Positions 1-10,127 of a stretch of DNA of 64,000 nt are shown in pieces; the first letter of the stretch is position 1; each line of letters opens with the position of its first letter. Where the stretch lies: assembly GCA_043732185.1 (NCBI GenBank), contig JAYTHY010000046.1, positions 96,001-160,000 of the forward strand, read 5' to 3'. Under the pieces are notes generated by a model that saw only the letters and a list, made by a program, of their open reading frames with translations, was not told the origin of the DNA and searched no databases. The position numbers and the translations under genes are program-made. Source of the stretch: Fibrobacteria bacterium (GTDB lineage Bacteria > Fibrobacterota > Fibrobacteria > UBA11236).

Positions 1-3000
1 ACAAACGGCTACCTGACCGAGCTCACTACGCCATTCTTAGTAAAGATCACCACTTCGCAAGTCAATCTCACTACCACTACCGACACGTTGAGAACCAAAA
101 CCGGTCTTGACCTTGAAAGCCAATCGCTTTCCAACCCCACCGCGCTTACCAAGTCCATTGTCTTCCAAGGCACATCTCCGCTGGTTGTTTCTGCAACAAC
201 CTCCGGCAACTCAATTGTAGAGGCCACCACTTACGACAGCCTAATTGTTCGTTGGGTCAACCCACTCCTTCCCAGCGATTTCGCAGTCAAAAAGGTCCTC
301 ATCCGTCCTGCGCCAAAACAAAGCACGGTTTATTTCAGCACCTTATCCAATGGTTCAGACAGCACCAGTCTTTTCCCCTTGAACACCACTCAGGTTTTTG
401 TGGTCGTGCGTGATCAATCTCGAAACCCACTTTTGAGTTATACTGCAGTTATCACTTCCGACAAGGACGGATTGGATAATGAAACCCTAACCTTAACTCC
501 ATTGGCAGGTGCACCGGCTGGAACATTCATCGGTTCCATTGCCATCGACAAACTGGCTTTCAAATCTCCCGGTGACGGAAAGTTGGAAGTGTCCTTAGGA
601 GGCGATCAGCTTCATGTGATCTATACCGATCCCGTGGATGGCGATATTGCAGAAGCCTCAGCCGGTTTTGCGGTTAGTGTGCAGGAAAGCCCTTTGGTCC
701 AATTTACAGATGCCAGCGGTGTACCAGTGGTACTTGGCAGCTATTGGGATCCATCCAAAGGAAAACTTTTCTTTTCCTATAGCGATGATTATGCTGGCGG
801 CAAGGTGCCCACCAAGCAAGTTTTCCTCAACTTGGTCAGTAAAAAATATGGCGTACCGATTGGAACCGATCACGAACGCATTACAGTGAATTTAACCGGT
901 GTGCCTACCGGGTCTGGCACTCGAGCCACATGGACCGGGTCCATCAATTTAGCCGATGCATTTCCGGCAATCGATTCCAATGGCACTGCGGAAACCCATT
1001 ACTTGGGAGAAGCCACCATCACCGTTAGCGCGCATGACAATATTGGCACACCCCAATCCCTTACCGTTTCGGACTTTTTGTTGATTGCATATCCCGATGT
1101 ACCCGCCACCATCGATTGGAAACTGGCAGACCCTCTCCCCAAGAATCCCGAAGGATTGATCATTACGGTCAAGGACCAAAGCTTTACGTTGGCCCGTGAT
1201 ACTGTTCTGCTGAGCGTGGGTTGCACGAAATCAGGCGATAGCGTTTCCAGTTTCGGAGGCATCGAATCCTTACCCGGTTCAGGCATTTATACTACCGGCA
1301 CTTTGGTCAAGGATGAAGGCATTCCCAGCTTTGCTGATGTATTGCTCTCTTGCCAGACTACAGATCAAATCCGCATACGCTATGTGGATCCAGTCTATGG
1401 GATATTAAAAGAATTATTAATCGATGAAGTTGCGAAACCGGTGGCAACGCCGATTGGCCGCAAGTTCATTCTCAATGAAATGGTCACCCTAGCTTCGGCT
1501 ACTCCCGGTGCCAAAATATATTACACCCTGGACGGCAAAATACCTGTTCCAGGAGTGAGTCCGGAATTCACCGACCCCTTGCGAATCAGCGTTACCACCG
1601 TGGTTACCGCTATCGCCGTCTTTCCCGGAATGAAGGACAGCAAGGTAATGAAGGAAACCTATACTAAGCAAGTGGAACCATCACGCCTGGAAATTTTGGA
1701 TGAAAACGGCAATCAAATTACCGCGAATACACTCACCGGCGCGGCAAAAGCAATACAACTCAAATTGACCACCACACAGGACGATTTGTTCAGCGTCAAG
1801 GTAAACGTAAACTCCGTTTTAGCTTTGGATGCGGAATCCATCCCGATGGACAATTTTAAACCCTTGGCCAATGCCTTTGAATACACGCAAACCTTGCCAT
1901 TGGCCTCTCCTGCCACTAAGGTAGCGGGTAATTTCACCATTGAAGCCAAAGGCACGGACACGTTAATTGCTAAATGGGTCAACCCTTTCAACCCCTTGGA
2001 CTTTGCCAGCGATACAATTTTCATCAAACCCGCATTTGTTGCCGCCGAGGTCTATTTCTCCTTGACTGAAGGTGGCCCCCGCATCTCCGTGTATCCAGTC
2101 AATCAGGATAGCCTTTTCATTGTGGTAAAAACACGACCAAAGGATCCCGCCTTGGTTTACACAGTGGACGTATCATCCAGCACGCTTGGCAATGATTTGG
2201 AAACACTGGTTCTGAAGGAATTGTCACCTGGCGTCTTTTCCGCCAAAGCCCCCGTGAGCACAATCTTGGCCAAAACTCCGGGAGACAAAATTACGGAAGT
2301 CGCCGTCTCCGGAGATCAAATTAAAGCCATCTTCGTGGATCCTGTTTATAAGGATGTGTATCAAGGCGATGTCGGCTTTGCCCAGCAGGTGCAGGAAAGC
2401 GCCACCTTGGAGTTCATCGACGCCAGTGGAAATTTGGTGGCTCCCACGGATGTATGGAACCCCACTACGGGAAAAGTTTTCCTCCGCTACACGGATGATT
2501 GGAATATCGGCATTGATGCGCTTGTCAAAACTAAGATCGCCATTCTAAACCTCGTCAACAAAATTTCGGGAGTACAGGTAGGTTCGGACAGCGAGAACGT
2601 TGTACTCACCCTAAAAGCCGGCACAGTTGGTACTAAGGGTGTTTGGGAAGGATCTTTGGCACTAGTAGATAAAAATACAGCGACCAATGCCAATGGTACG
2701 TTAGAAACCTATTACCGCGGTGAGTTGACCGCCACTGTTTTTCCGCACAATAATGCAGGTGCACTAGCTGGAAGTGCTGTACAAGATCAACTACTTATTG
2801 CCTATCCCAACCAATCCGCTGCTATTGTAATCAAGGACAATGCCGGAAAAGACGTGGTCCGAGAAACCGGCAAGGTCAACGTATTAATCACGGATCAACT
2901 TTTCACAAAATCCGGAGATGCATCGATTGCTGCAACCGTAAGCTGCCTGAATTCAACGGATAATGTTTCCCATGTCACTTTGGTATGGAATGGCACTCAA

Positions 3001-4833
3001 TATGCCATCCAACCCCTATTGGACAAGGGCGAAACCACTGCCACCCCCAATAAAGGCGATGCCTTGCTGGAATGCCTTATCACGGATGTTCTCAAGGTTT
3101 CCTACATCGACCCAGTCTATCTCGACGAGCGGACCGCAGACGTTCGTTGGAGCGACAATACCAAAAGCCGCATGTACTATGCCTCCACCAAGGACAGCAG
3201 CGAAATTTCCTCAGTATCGGATGCCCAAGCGAAGGATTTTCTGATTGTTGTAGAAGGCGTCAGCCTCAATCGGGACAAAGTGGATACGGTCCTTGTTACA
3301 CTAACAACCGCGCAAGGTGAACTGGAAACCTTTGCCGCCGTGGAAACGGGCGTCTTGACCGGAAAATTCATCGCAAAAACTGATTTCTTGTTCCGAAGTG
3401 CAGATCCGCTCAAGGGGTCAAAAATTGTAGAAGCCAAAATTGTGATCGCGAATAGAGTGAACCAGGTATTGGTCAATGGCAGTGCCAGCGTGGGTGGTAC
3501 CAAGGTGAGTGCCGATATTTCCCTACTCTCTAGCTATAATTTGATTTCAAAAGCGTATGCCAAGGACGAGGACGAAAACGGCCGCGCCGACCATGTATAT
3601 ATCTTCCTCGACCACAAAGTAAGCCGCCTGCCCACGGCACTGGATTCCGTGTACTGGAATCAAGTGGGAAAAGCCTTCAGCCAAAAAGCCGGTTCTGATA
3701 AGATCTCCTTCTTATCGGGTTCAGATTCTTCGGTTCTAGTCCTCGACTTTACTGCTTCACAATTCGGAGCCGGACTAACCGATATCCCTGCGGGTCAATC
3801 CCCCATTGCCCTTCTACCAGATGACAATATTTTTGCCGGTCAGCGCGCAAAACTTGCGGATTCCATTGGCCCCGTTATCGTTACAGCCATCAAGAAGCCC
3901 TCTAACTTGCAGACGTACAACTATTCCGGAACTGAAAAGCGCTTCAATCCTGATACGCTAAACATTACTCTGTCGGAAAAAGTCAAAACCACCACAGCCA
4001 CCTTTAGTAAGATGCTCCGTTTCTCGAAAGGCTGCGCAGAGTATAAGGAGTCCGTGCCCTTGCAAACATTCAGTGAACCAACCGTTGAATTAGATGGCTT
4101 AACTTGGACTATTATTGTGGACAACACTCCCGATTCCCAAACGCCGTTGGTTGGCGACTGTATTTTTATGGAAGTCAATGGAACCTATGTTGACCTGCTG
4201 AACAACAAACCCGCACACCTCGGTGTGCCTTTGACAGGTGAAAACCCAAAATTGGTTATCCGCGGTTTCCGGGGCTTTCCTCCAGTAGCCGGATTGGATG
4301 CGGAAACCCCTGGATTTGTGCTGGTTACAAATGACAATCGGGTGGACAAATCGGGAACATTCAGTAATCAAGGTGCAAACGGGTCCTGGAATGTTGTTTG
4401 GATTCCGCCATTCGGGTACACGGAAAAAGACCCTGTTGGCTCACTACAGAACATTGCCAACCATTTCGGTGAGGGACAAACGCAGGGTTCCAAAGCGGAA
4501 GTCGCCACGCCCAAGGAAATGCCTAAGAACCTTAGTGCAGTGCAAGTTATTACATCGGGTGCCTATAAAGCCCAAATTCACATTTACGACAACCTTGGCC
4601 ATTTCGTGCGCTACATGGAACAAGCTTACGGTCTCAACGGGGAAGACAAAAACCCTTGGCGAGCCACGGACAAAGGCCAGTTGAGCTTTCTAATCTGGGA
4701 TCTCAAAGATGAAAATGGCCAAACAGCTGGGCAGGGTGTCTATGTCTGGAAGGTCAATTTTGCCTTTATTGAGAAGAACGTAAAATCCGAAGTGCGGTTT
4801 ACGCGAACCGGCGTCATGCGACCAAAGAATTAA
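1..4833 (+). CDS. 5'-truncated giant surface protein, paralog of the downstream fibro-slime protein (CHB_HEX_C-like domain, Ig-like repeat modules, FlgD-Ig/CTD-like C-terminus)
   Basis: Frame is open from base 1 (TNGYLTELTTPFLVKITT aligns with SGGYITELNTSYTVKVTT of the next gene), so the real start lies upstream of the window. Contains VTLASATPGAKIYYTLDG (CHB_HEX_C-like) and C-terminal IWDLKDENGQTAGQGVYVWKV. Confidence 0.85.
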   Translation, partial: TNGYLTELTTPFLVKITTSQVNLTTTTDTLRTKTGLDLESQSLSNPTALTKSIVFQGTSPLVVSATTSGNSIVEATTYDSLIVRWVNPLLPSDFAVKKVLIRPAPKQSTVYFSTLSNGSDSTSLFPLNTTQVFVVVRDQSRNPLLSYTAVITSDKDGLDNETLTLTPLAGAPAGTFIGSIAIDKLAFKSPGDGKLEVSLGGDQLHVIYTDPVDGDIAEASAGFAVSVQESPLVQFTDASGVPVVLGSYWDPSKGKLFFSYSDDYAGGKVPTKQVFLNLVSKKYGVPIGTDHERITVNLTGVPTGSGTRATWTGSINLADAFPAIDSNGTAETHYLGEATITVSAHDNIGTPQSLTVSDFLLIAYPDVPATIDWKLADPLPKNPEGLIITVKDQSFTLARDTVLLSVGCTKSGDSVSSFGGIESLPGSGIYTTGTLVKDEGIPSFADVLLSCQTTDQIRIRYVDPVYGILKELLIDEVAKPVATPIGRKFILNEMVTLASATPGAKIYYTLDGKIPVPGVSPEFTDPLRISVTTVVTAIAVFPGMKDSKVMKETYTKQVEPSRLEILDENGNQITANTLTGAAKAIQLKLTTTQDDLFSVKVNVNSVLALDAESIPMDNFKPLANAFEYTQTLPLASPATKVAGNFTIEAKGTDTLIAKWVNPFNPLDFASDTIFIKPAFVAAEVYFSLTEGGPRISVYPVNQDSLFIVVKTRPKDPALVYTVDVSSSTLGNDLETLVLKELSPGVFSAKAPVSTILAKTPGDKITEVAVSGDQIKAIFVDPVYKDVYQGDVGFAQQVQESATLEFIDASGNLVAPTDVWNPTTGKVFLRYTDDWNIGIDALVKTKIAILNLVNKISGVQVGSDSENVVLTLKAGTVGTKGVWEGSLALVDKNTATNANGTLETYYRGELTATVFPHNNAGALAGSAVQDQLLIAYPNQSAAIVIKDNAGKDVVRETGKVNVLITDQLFTKSGDASIAATVSCLNSTDNVSHVTLVWNGTQYAIQPLLDKGETTATPNKGDALLECLITDVLKVSYIDPVYLDERTADVRWSDNTKSRMYYASTKDSSEISSVSDAQAKDFLIVVEGVSLNRDKVDTVLVTLTTAQGELETFAAVETGVLTGKFIAKTDFLFRSADPLKGSKIVEAKIVIANRVNQVLVNGSASVGGTKVSADISLLSSYNLISKAYAKDEDENGRADHVYIFLDHKVSRLPTALDSVYWNQVGKAFSQKAGSDKISFLSGSDSSVLVLDFTASQFGAGLTDIPAGQSPIALLPDDNIFAGQRAKLADSIGPVIVTAIKKPSNLQTYNYSGTEKRFNPDTLNITLSEKVKTTTATFSKMLRFSKGCAEYKESVPLQTFSEPTVELDGLTWTIIVDNTPDSQTPLVGDCIFMEVNGTYVDLLNNKPAHLGVPLTGENPKLVIRGFRGFPPVAGLDAETPGFVLVTNDNRVDKSGTFSNQGANGSWNVVWIPPFGYTEKDPVGSLQNIANHFGEGQTQGSKAEVATPKEMPKNLSAVQVITSGAYKAQIHIYDNLGHFVRYMEQAYGLNGEDKNPWRATDKGQLSFLIWDLKDENGQTAGQGVYVWKVNFAFIEKNVKSEVRFTRTGVMRPKN

Positions 4834-4870
4834 GCCTAAAACGAGCCCTTTCCAGGACTCAGAAAACGCT

Positions 4871-4903
4871 AAAAAGCCGGACCGCAAGTCCGGTTTTTTT
4901 TTT
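4871..4903 (+). terminator. Intrinsic terminator
   Basis: AAAAA-GCCGGAC-CGCAA-GTCCGGT followed by a long T run, about 40 bp after the stop codon. Confidence 0.9.
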
Positions 4904-5133
4904 GCTTTTCAAAGTCAAAAGCCACTTATTGTTGGTAATCGCCCATTTTAAGCCAAAATAAGCATATGATTCCGTCTAAGCGCTTCCAAAAATGAGAGCA
5001 GTATGTTGCGTATTGGCACTCCAAAATAACCCATTTCCATTATATTCTTCTTAAATTAACAGCCCAAGGTAAGGCCGTGGAACACCTTACCGCCGCACTA
5101 TGTACACAGGACAACTTTTTCACCAAAGGATTC

Positions 5134-8100
5134 ATGATGAATTCCAGAAACGTAACAGCATTATCCATGGTTTTGGGATTTGTCCTGGCCAGCTTTGCAC
5201 CCTCCTTGGGCCAAGCACCAGCGACACTTACCTTGAAAGTAAAATTAAGGGATCTACCTGAAAGTCCATTACCCAATTTCCATCCGGATTTCAACACCTA
5301 CTGCTGTGGAACAGACGGTGGTTTTGTCGATGCGAATATTTTAACAAACGGCACTGTGGACACGACGGTTTTCAAGAATGACAATCGCAATCCAAAACTG
5401 ATTTCTGCCCTCAACGCAGGAGGCACACGTTTTTTTACCGATAACCCTCCAGGCCCAACGCCTTATTTTGACCAATGGTTCAACGACGATCCCAGCACGG
5501 ATAAAAACCGCCCATTCTTAGCGGACCTAGTCTTTAACAATATCGGTACACCCGAGGTGCCGTTGTATGAATTCAATGATCAAACCTTTTTTCCGATGGA
5601 CGATTTGGCGAGTGGGGGTCAATGGCAAAATTTACCCGGTAATACGCTATCACCCTTTGGCACCACCCCTGGCTCAAACCCTCCGCATAACTTTGGCTTC
5701 ACTATGGAACTTCACTCCGAGTTCACCTACCTTGCTGGAACCAATCAGGTATTTAATTTTACTGGTGATGACGATGTCTGGGTATTTGTCAATGGAAAGC
5801 TGATCATCGATCTTGGTGGTGTCCATAGTGCAGCTTCAAAATCTTTTACACTAGATGCAGCCACAGCCTCAGCCTATGGATTGGTGGATTATGGCAAATA
5901 TATGTTGGACTTTTTCTTTGCTGAAAGGCACGAAACGTCCTCCACTTGCAGGATCACGACCAGCATTCCACTCAGTCGGAATATTGTCGCCACGCCGGTG
6001 GCGACTCCTGGAGCCACCAAAGGCTTCCCCACGCAACTGAACGTGACCTTAGCAACGCCCACACCAGATGCAAAAATCTATTACACCACCAATGGAACCA
6101 CTCCAGATAACAACAGCACTCCCTATACTATCGGCATCCTTATCACTAGTACTACAACACTAAAGGCAATTGCTTACAAAACTGGATACATAAAGAGTGA
6201 AGTGATGACGGCGGACTATACCAAAAAGTTCGTAGCCTCCACTTTGGACATTCTGGATCAAAATGGAAACCCGTTATCAGGGGGATACATTACGGAACTC
6301 AACACATCCTATACCGTCAAAGTCACCACCACACAGGCCGGACTTACCAGTTTAAGCCCCAAGGCGAGCACCACGCCCGGAGGTTTGGACCTGGAAACTT
6401 TGGTGCTCGGCACAAAAGTGGATCAGGGTACCAGTTACCTTTTTTCCGGTACCTCTCCATTTGCCATTACCACCACCGCAATTGGCAATAACAAAACAGA
6501 GGCGAAGTTTTATGATAGCCTCATCGTACGCTGGACCGACACCACATTCGGTTCAACTGATATCGCCGAGAAGCATGTTCTTGTCAGGCCTGCCCCCGTG
6601 CAAGGCAGAGCTTACTTCTCCCACAATGCCAACGGTACGGATACAGTTGACCAGTATACTGGTACGGAAACCACTCTTTACCTCATCGTTGTTGACGAAG
6701 TTCTACCCACTACCCTTACACCTAAGGTCACCCTGGTTACTACGCCCACGCCTATTTCCGGGCACACGGCGGACAACCTGACCCTGAATCTTGTCCCCAT
6801 TGTCGGCAAACCTGGCCGCTATGTGGCCACTATACCCGTAGACATTATTCTCACCACTTCGACAGCAGATGGCAGATTGCAGCTTTTAGTTGGAGATTTC
6901 ATCAAAGCAACTTATACCGATCCGATGGATGTAGAAACTCCCGCTGTGGCCAATGCTGGCTTTGGAGTAGCTCCTGAAATCGATGCGAATCTACAGTTCA
7001 CGGATGCCTTGGGTGGCAATGTATTGCCAGCTGGGTTCCACTATAGTCCTGCCAATGGAAAGCTCTTTTTGACCTATTCCGATGACTGGGCCGGTGGTGC
7101 CATTCTTACTAAATCGGTTGCACTGACTATCGTGAATACCAATGGTGCGACAACGGGAACGCCAGATGCGGAAACATTCAATGTAACCCTCAACCTGACA
7201 AAACACACTGGCTCCACCGGCATATGGGAAGGCTCCATTACCCTTGTAGACGGACCCTCCATTACACCCGGCAATGGCAAGGCAGAAACTTACGTGTTGG
7301 GTACAGTTCACGCTGTTGTCACGTCACATACCAAAACGGCAACAGCTGGACAGTCCGTTTCTGACGACTTGCTGGTAGCCTATCCCAATCAGGATCCAGT
7401 CATCACCATTACTGGCAATGGAGGACCTGGCGCGGTCATCACCCGCACCGATGACAGCCTCAAAGTAACCATCACCGATCAAAGCATTTCTTCAGCAACT
7501 GATACGCTTTACGCAGTGCTAAGCTGTACCGAAAGCGGTGATAAAGTCAATATCCGCCTCATCGAAACCACTCCCGGTGTGTATAAATCTTCGATCATTT
7601 CCAAAAGTGAAGGCGCCTCCGTTGTGGACGGTGTGCTTCAATGCAAATCCACTGACAATATTAAAGTCACCTACACGGACCCAGCCTACGGAGATATCAA
7701 GCCGGTTTCCATCATACTGGACAACCCTGTCACTCCCAAACTGTATTTCACTACTTCGATACTTAGCGATGTACCCATCAGCTCGGTCTCTGAGAATATT
7801 ACCTCGACCTTTGTAGCCGTGCTTGTAGCGCATGATCCCGATATCAATACTGTGAACATCATACCCTTGACCTTTACCTCTATACAGGGTGAATCGGAAA
7901 CGTTCAATGCCGTGGAAACGGGACCTGCTACCGGAATATTCAAAGTGCTAGTGCCTTACGGGTTTGTAACCGGCGCCATTACTGCTAACCAAAAAGTGGA
8001 AGGCAAAATTACACCACAAGTGCTTGACAACCGTGTCAATATCACCGCTTCTGCAAATGTGGAAAGTGTGCCCGTGAAAACCGATATTGTCCTTGTAGCT

Positions 8101-9390
8101 GCGTTTGACCCGGTCAAAAAGGCGTATATCAAGGATACTGACGGAGATGGAAAGGCAGACAAGGTATTCATCGTTTTTGAAAAGAAGCTTGCCCATTTGC
8201 CTTCCACGCTAGGCTCCCAATGGAATGGCGACAGTTCGGCATTCATAGCCGTACAAGCTGGAAAACTTTCCTTCCTCCCAGGTTCCGATTCCACTATTGT
8301 GGTGGCGGATTATACTCCCAACCCATTTGGACAGGATTTGACCGCCCCTAAGGCGGGTCAGGCGCCTAAGGCCCAACTTCCTGCCGGCGACGCGCTCTTT
8401 AACGGCCAGAACCCCGTACTCGAGGATTCCATTGGACCTGTTATCATTTCTGCCTTTAAACGTCCACCCAATGTCAATGCATTGATTCCCAATGATCCCA
8501 GCTTTAATCATGACACCTTGCGCATCACTCTTTCCGAACCGCTGAGAGCCGGGGTGGATTTCAAGGACATGATTAAGTTCTCGACCACCTGCGGCGACTA
8601 TGCCAATGCGATTACCTTGGTAGCCATTAATAACCCTGTCCCCGATGCCAATGGTACCTATACAGTTATCATCGACAATTCAGTCTCTTCCTCACCACAA
8701 ACCGGAAATTGCATCTTCCTCAATGCGGACAAGGGGAAATTTACAGATCTCAAATTCAATCCCCCAGTTGTTCATGGTGTTCCGTTAGAAGGGGCTAACC
8801 GCAATCTCAATATCCAGCTCTTCCGCGGCTTCCCGCCTGTGGCAGGATTAGATGCCAACTCCTCCAATTTTCAGGTCGCCGTTCAGGACCCACATGATCC
8901 CAAACAGCTCGGTATTACGACTCCTGGCGTAGACCCGGTTACGGGAGCGCCCAATTTGCAGGTCGTTTGGATTCCACCCGCTAGTTATGCTCCCAATAAG
9001 ACCCCCCCAGGCGCCAACGTAGCCGTTCCTAGCCTGAACACCATGCCCAGCGGCAATCGGGAAACAGCAACGCCGGTACTATTGCCAGGCACGCTGAGCA
9101 CCGTGCAGGTGGTCAGTACAGCACCCTATATCGCGCATATTTCCATTTTCGACACGTATGGAAACTTCGTGTTCGCGTCCACCCAAACCTTTGGAGCCAA
9201 TGGTGAGATGCAAAACCGGGCGAGAGTCGTACCCAAGGGTTTGGTCAGTTACTTGTGGTGGGATATGAAGGATAAGAACGGCCAGCTAGCAGGCCAAGGT
9301 GTTTATGTTTGGAAAGTTCGGTTTGAATTCACAGGCGGCAAGCAAGAAATCCAGTACACACGTACCGGCATCATGCGGACCCATCGATAA
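5134..9390 (+). CDS. Fibro-slime (PA14-related) domain surface protein with CHB_HEX_C-like domain, Ig-like module and FlgD-Ig/CTD-like C-terminus
   Basis: AAGGA RBS before ATGATG at 5134/5137; signal peptide. Fibro-slime signature NFGFTMELHSEFTY...FNFTGDDDVWVFVNGKLIIDLGGVH...DFFFAERH; C-terminal WDMKDKNGQLAGQGVYVWKV. Confidence 0.9.
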   Translation: MMNSRNVTALSMVLGFVLASFAPSLGQAPATLTLKVKLRDLPESPLPNFHPDFNTYCCGTDGGFVDANILTNGTVDTTVFKNDNRNPKLISALNAGGTRFFTDNPPGPTPYFDQWFNDDPSTDKNRPFLADLVFNNIGTPEVPLYEFNDQTFFPMDDLASGGQWQNLPGNTLSPFGTTPGSNPPHNFGFTMELHSEFTYLAGTNQVFNFTGDDDVWVFVNGKLIIDLGGVHSAASKSFTLDAATASAYGLVDYGKYMLDFFFAERHETSSTCRITTSIPLSRNIVATPVATPGATKGFPTQLNVTLATPTPDAKIYYTTNGTTPDNNSTPYTIGILITSTTTLKAIAYKTGYIKSEVMTADYTKKFVASTLDILDQNGNPLSGGYITELNTSYTVKVTTTQAGLTSLSPKASTTPGGLDLETLVLGTKVDQGTSYLFSGTSPFAITTTAIGNNKTEAKFYDSLIVRWTDTTFGSTDIAEKHVLVRPAPVQGRAYFSHNANGTDTVDQYTGTETTLYLIVVDEVLPTTLTPKVTLVTTPTPISGHTADNLTLNLVPIVGKPGRYVATIPVDIILTTSTADGRLQLLVGDFIKATYTDPMDVETPAVANAGFGVAPEIDANLQFTDALGGNVLPAGFHYSPANGKLFLTYSDDWAGGAILTKSVALTIVNTNGATTGTPDAETFNVTLNLTKHTGSTGIWEGSITLVDGPSITPGNGKAETYVLGTVHAVVTSHTKTATAGQSVSDDLLVAYPNQDPVITITGNGGPGAVITRTDDSLKVTITDQSISSATDTLYAVLSCTESGDKVNIRLIETTPGVYKSSIISKSEGASVVDGVLQCKSTDNIKVTYTDPAYGDIKPVSIILDNPVTPKLYFTTSILSDVPISSVSENITSTFVAVLVAHDPDINTVNIIPLTFTSIQGESETFNAVETGPATGIFKVLVPYGFVTGAITANQKVEGKITPQVLDNRVNITASANVESVPVKTDIVLVAAFDPVKKAYIKDTDGDGKADKVFIVFEKKLAHLPSTLGSQWNGDSSAFIAVQAGKLSFLPGSDSTIVVADYTPNPFGQDLTAPKAGQAPKAQLPAGDALFNGQNPVLEDSIGPVIISAFKRPPNVNALIPNDPSFNHDTLRITLSEPLRAGVDFKDMIKFSTTCGDYANAITLVAINNPVPDANGTYTVIIDNSVSSSPQTGNCIFLNADKGKFTDLKFNPPVVHGVPLEGANRNLNIQLFRGFPPVAGLDANSSNFQVAVQDPHDPKQLGITTPGVDPVTGAPNLQVVWIPPASYAPNKTPPGANVAVPSLNTMPSGNRETATPVLLPGTLSTVQVVSTAPYIAHISIFDTYGNFVFASTQTFGANGEMQNRARVVPKGLVSYLWWDMKDKNGQLAGQGVYVWKVRFEFTGGKQEIQYTRTGIMRTHR

Positions 9391-9431
9391 GCTTAGGTAA
9401 GCGTCCCAACAAAAATTCAAATAATTACAGC

Positions 9432-9460
9432 AAAGGCCTCCGGAAACGGAGGCCTTTTTT
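9432..9460. terminator. Bidirectional intrinsic terminator between convergent genes
   Basis: AAAGGCCTCCG-GAAA-CGGAGGCCTTT-TTT: perfect 11-bp stem with a GAAA tetraloop. Confidence 0.92.
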
Positions 9461-9463
9461 ATG

Positions 9464-10105
9464 TCAAGCTTTAAACTTCAGGACTTCACTTGCCAGTAAA
9501 AGCGATACTGCTTGGGCACGATGGCTGAGTTCGTCTTTGACAGCATGGGACAGTTCGCCGAAGGTTTGATTAAAACCGGAGGGAATAAAAATGGAATCGT
9601 AACCGAATCCACCCTCTCCCCTTTCACTGTTTGCAATCTGACCTTCGCAAACCCCAGCGAAAAATATTGGCTTTTGTCCCGGCATAAGCCAGCAAAGTAT
9701 GCAGCGGAAACGCGCTGTCCGATTGAGGCAGCCCTCCAATGCCTTTAGAAGTTTTGCCCGGTTTGCCGAGGCTTGGGGCAAGGGTTGTCCACTTACGGAA
9801 TCGAATACAACTTCGGTTGCATAACGGGCGGAATAAACCCCTGGAACGCCGTCTAGTGCGTCGACTTCCAGCCCACTGTCGTCGGATAGGATGGGATAAG
9901 GAGTCCATGGAGCCAAGGCTTGCGCCTTGATCAGCGCGTTTTGCACAAACGTTGTGCCCGTCTCATCAACCTCATCGGTAAAACCGATTTCCTTGGGCGT
10001 CAATAACGTGTACCTTGCGGGAGCCAGCAAGGTCTGGAATTCCAGCACCTTACCGTGATTAGTGGTAGCTAGAACAAGAAAATTCGAAGATGCTTGCGGT
10101 ACCAT
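9464..10105 (-). CDS. rdgB: RdgB/HAM1 family non-canonical purine NTP pyrophosphatase
   Basis: LATTNHGK, DDSGLEVDALDGVPGVYSARY, GFGYDSIF and SHR motifs. Start set at MVPQ (10105), downstream of the leuS stop. Confidence 0.93.
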   Translation of the reverse strand: MVPQASSNFLVLATTNHGKVLEFQTLLAPARYTLLTPKEIGFTDEVDETGTTFVQNALIKAQALAPWTPYPILSDDSGLEVDALDGVPGVYSARYATEVVFDSVSGQPLPQASANRAKLLKALEGCLNRTARFRCILCWLMPGQKPIFFAGVCEGQIANSERGEGGFGYDSIFIPSGFNQTFGELSHAVKDELSHRAQAVSLLLASEVLKFKA

Positions 10106-10127
10106 GGTTAAGGAACGAGCCCCGCTT

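Noticed and set aside
5013..5030. TTGGCAC upstream of fibro-slime gene 2 as a sigma-54 -24 box
   Set aside because: There is no GC dinucleotide at the -12 position (the sequence reads TA).
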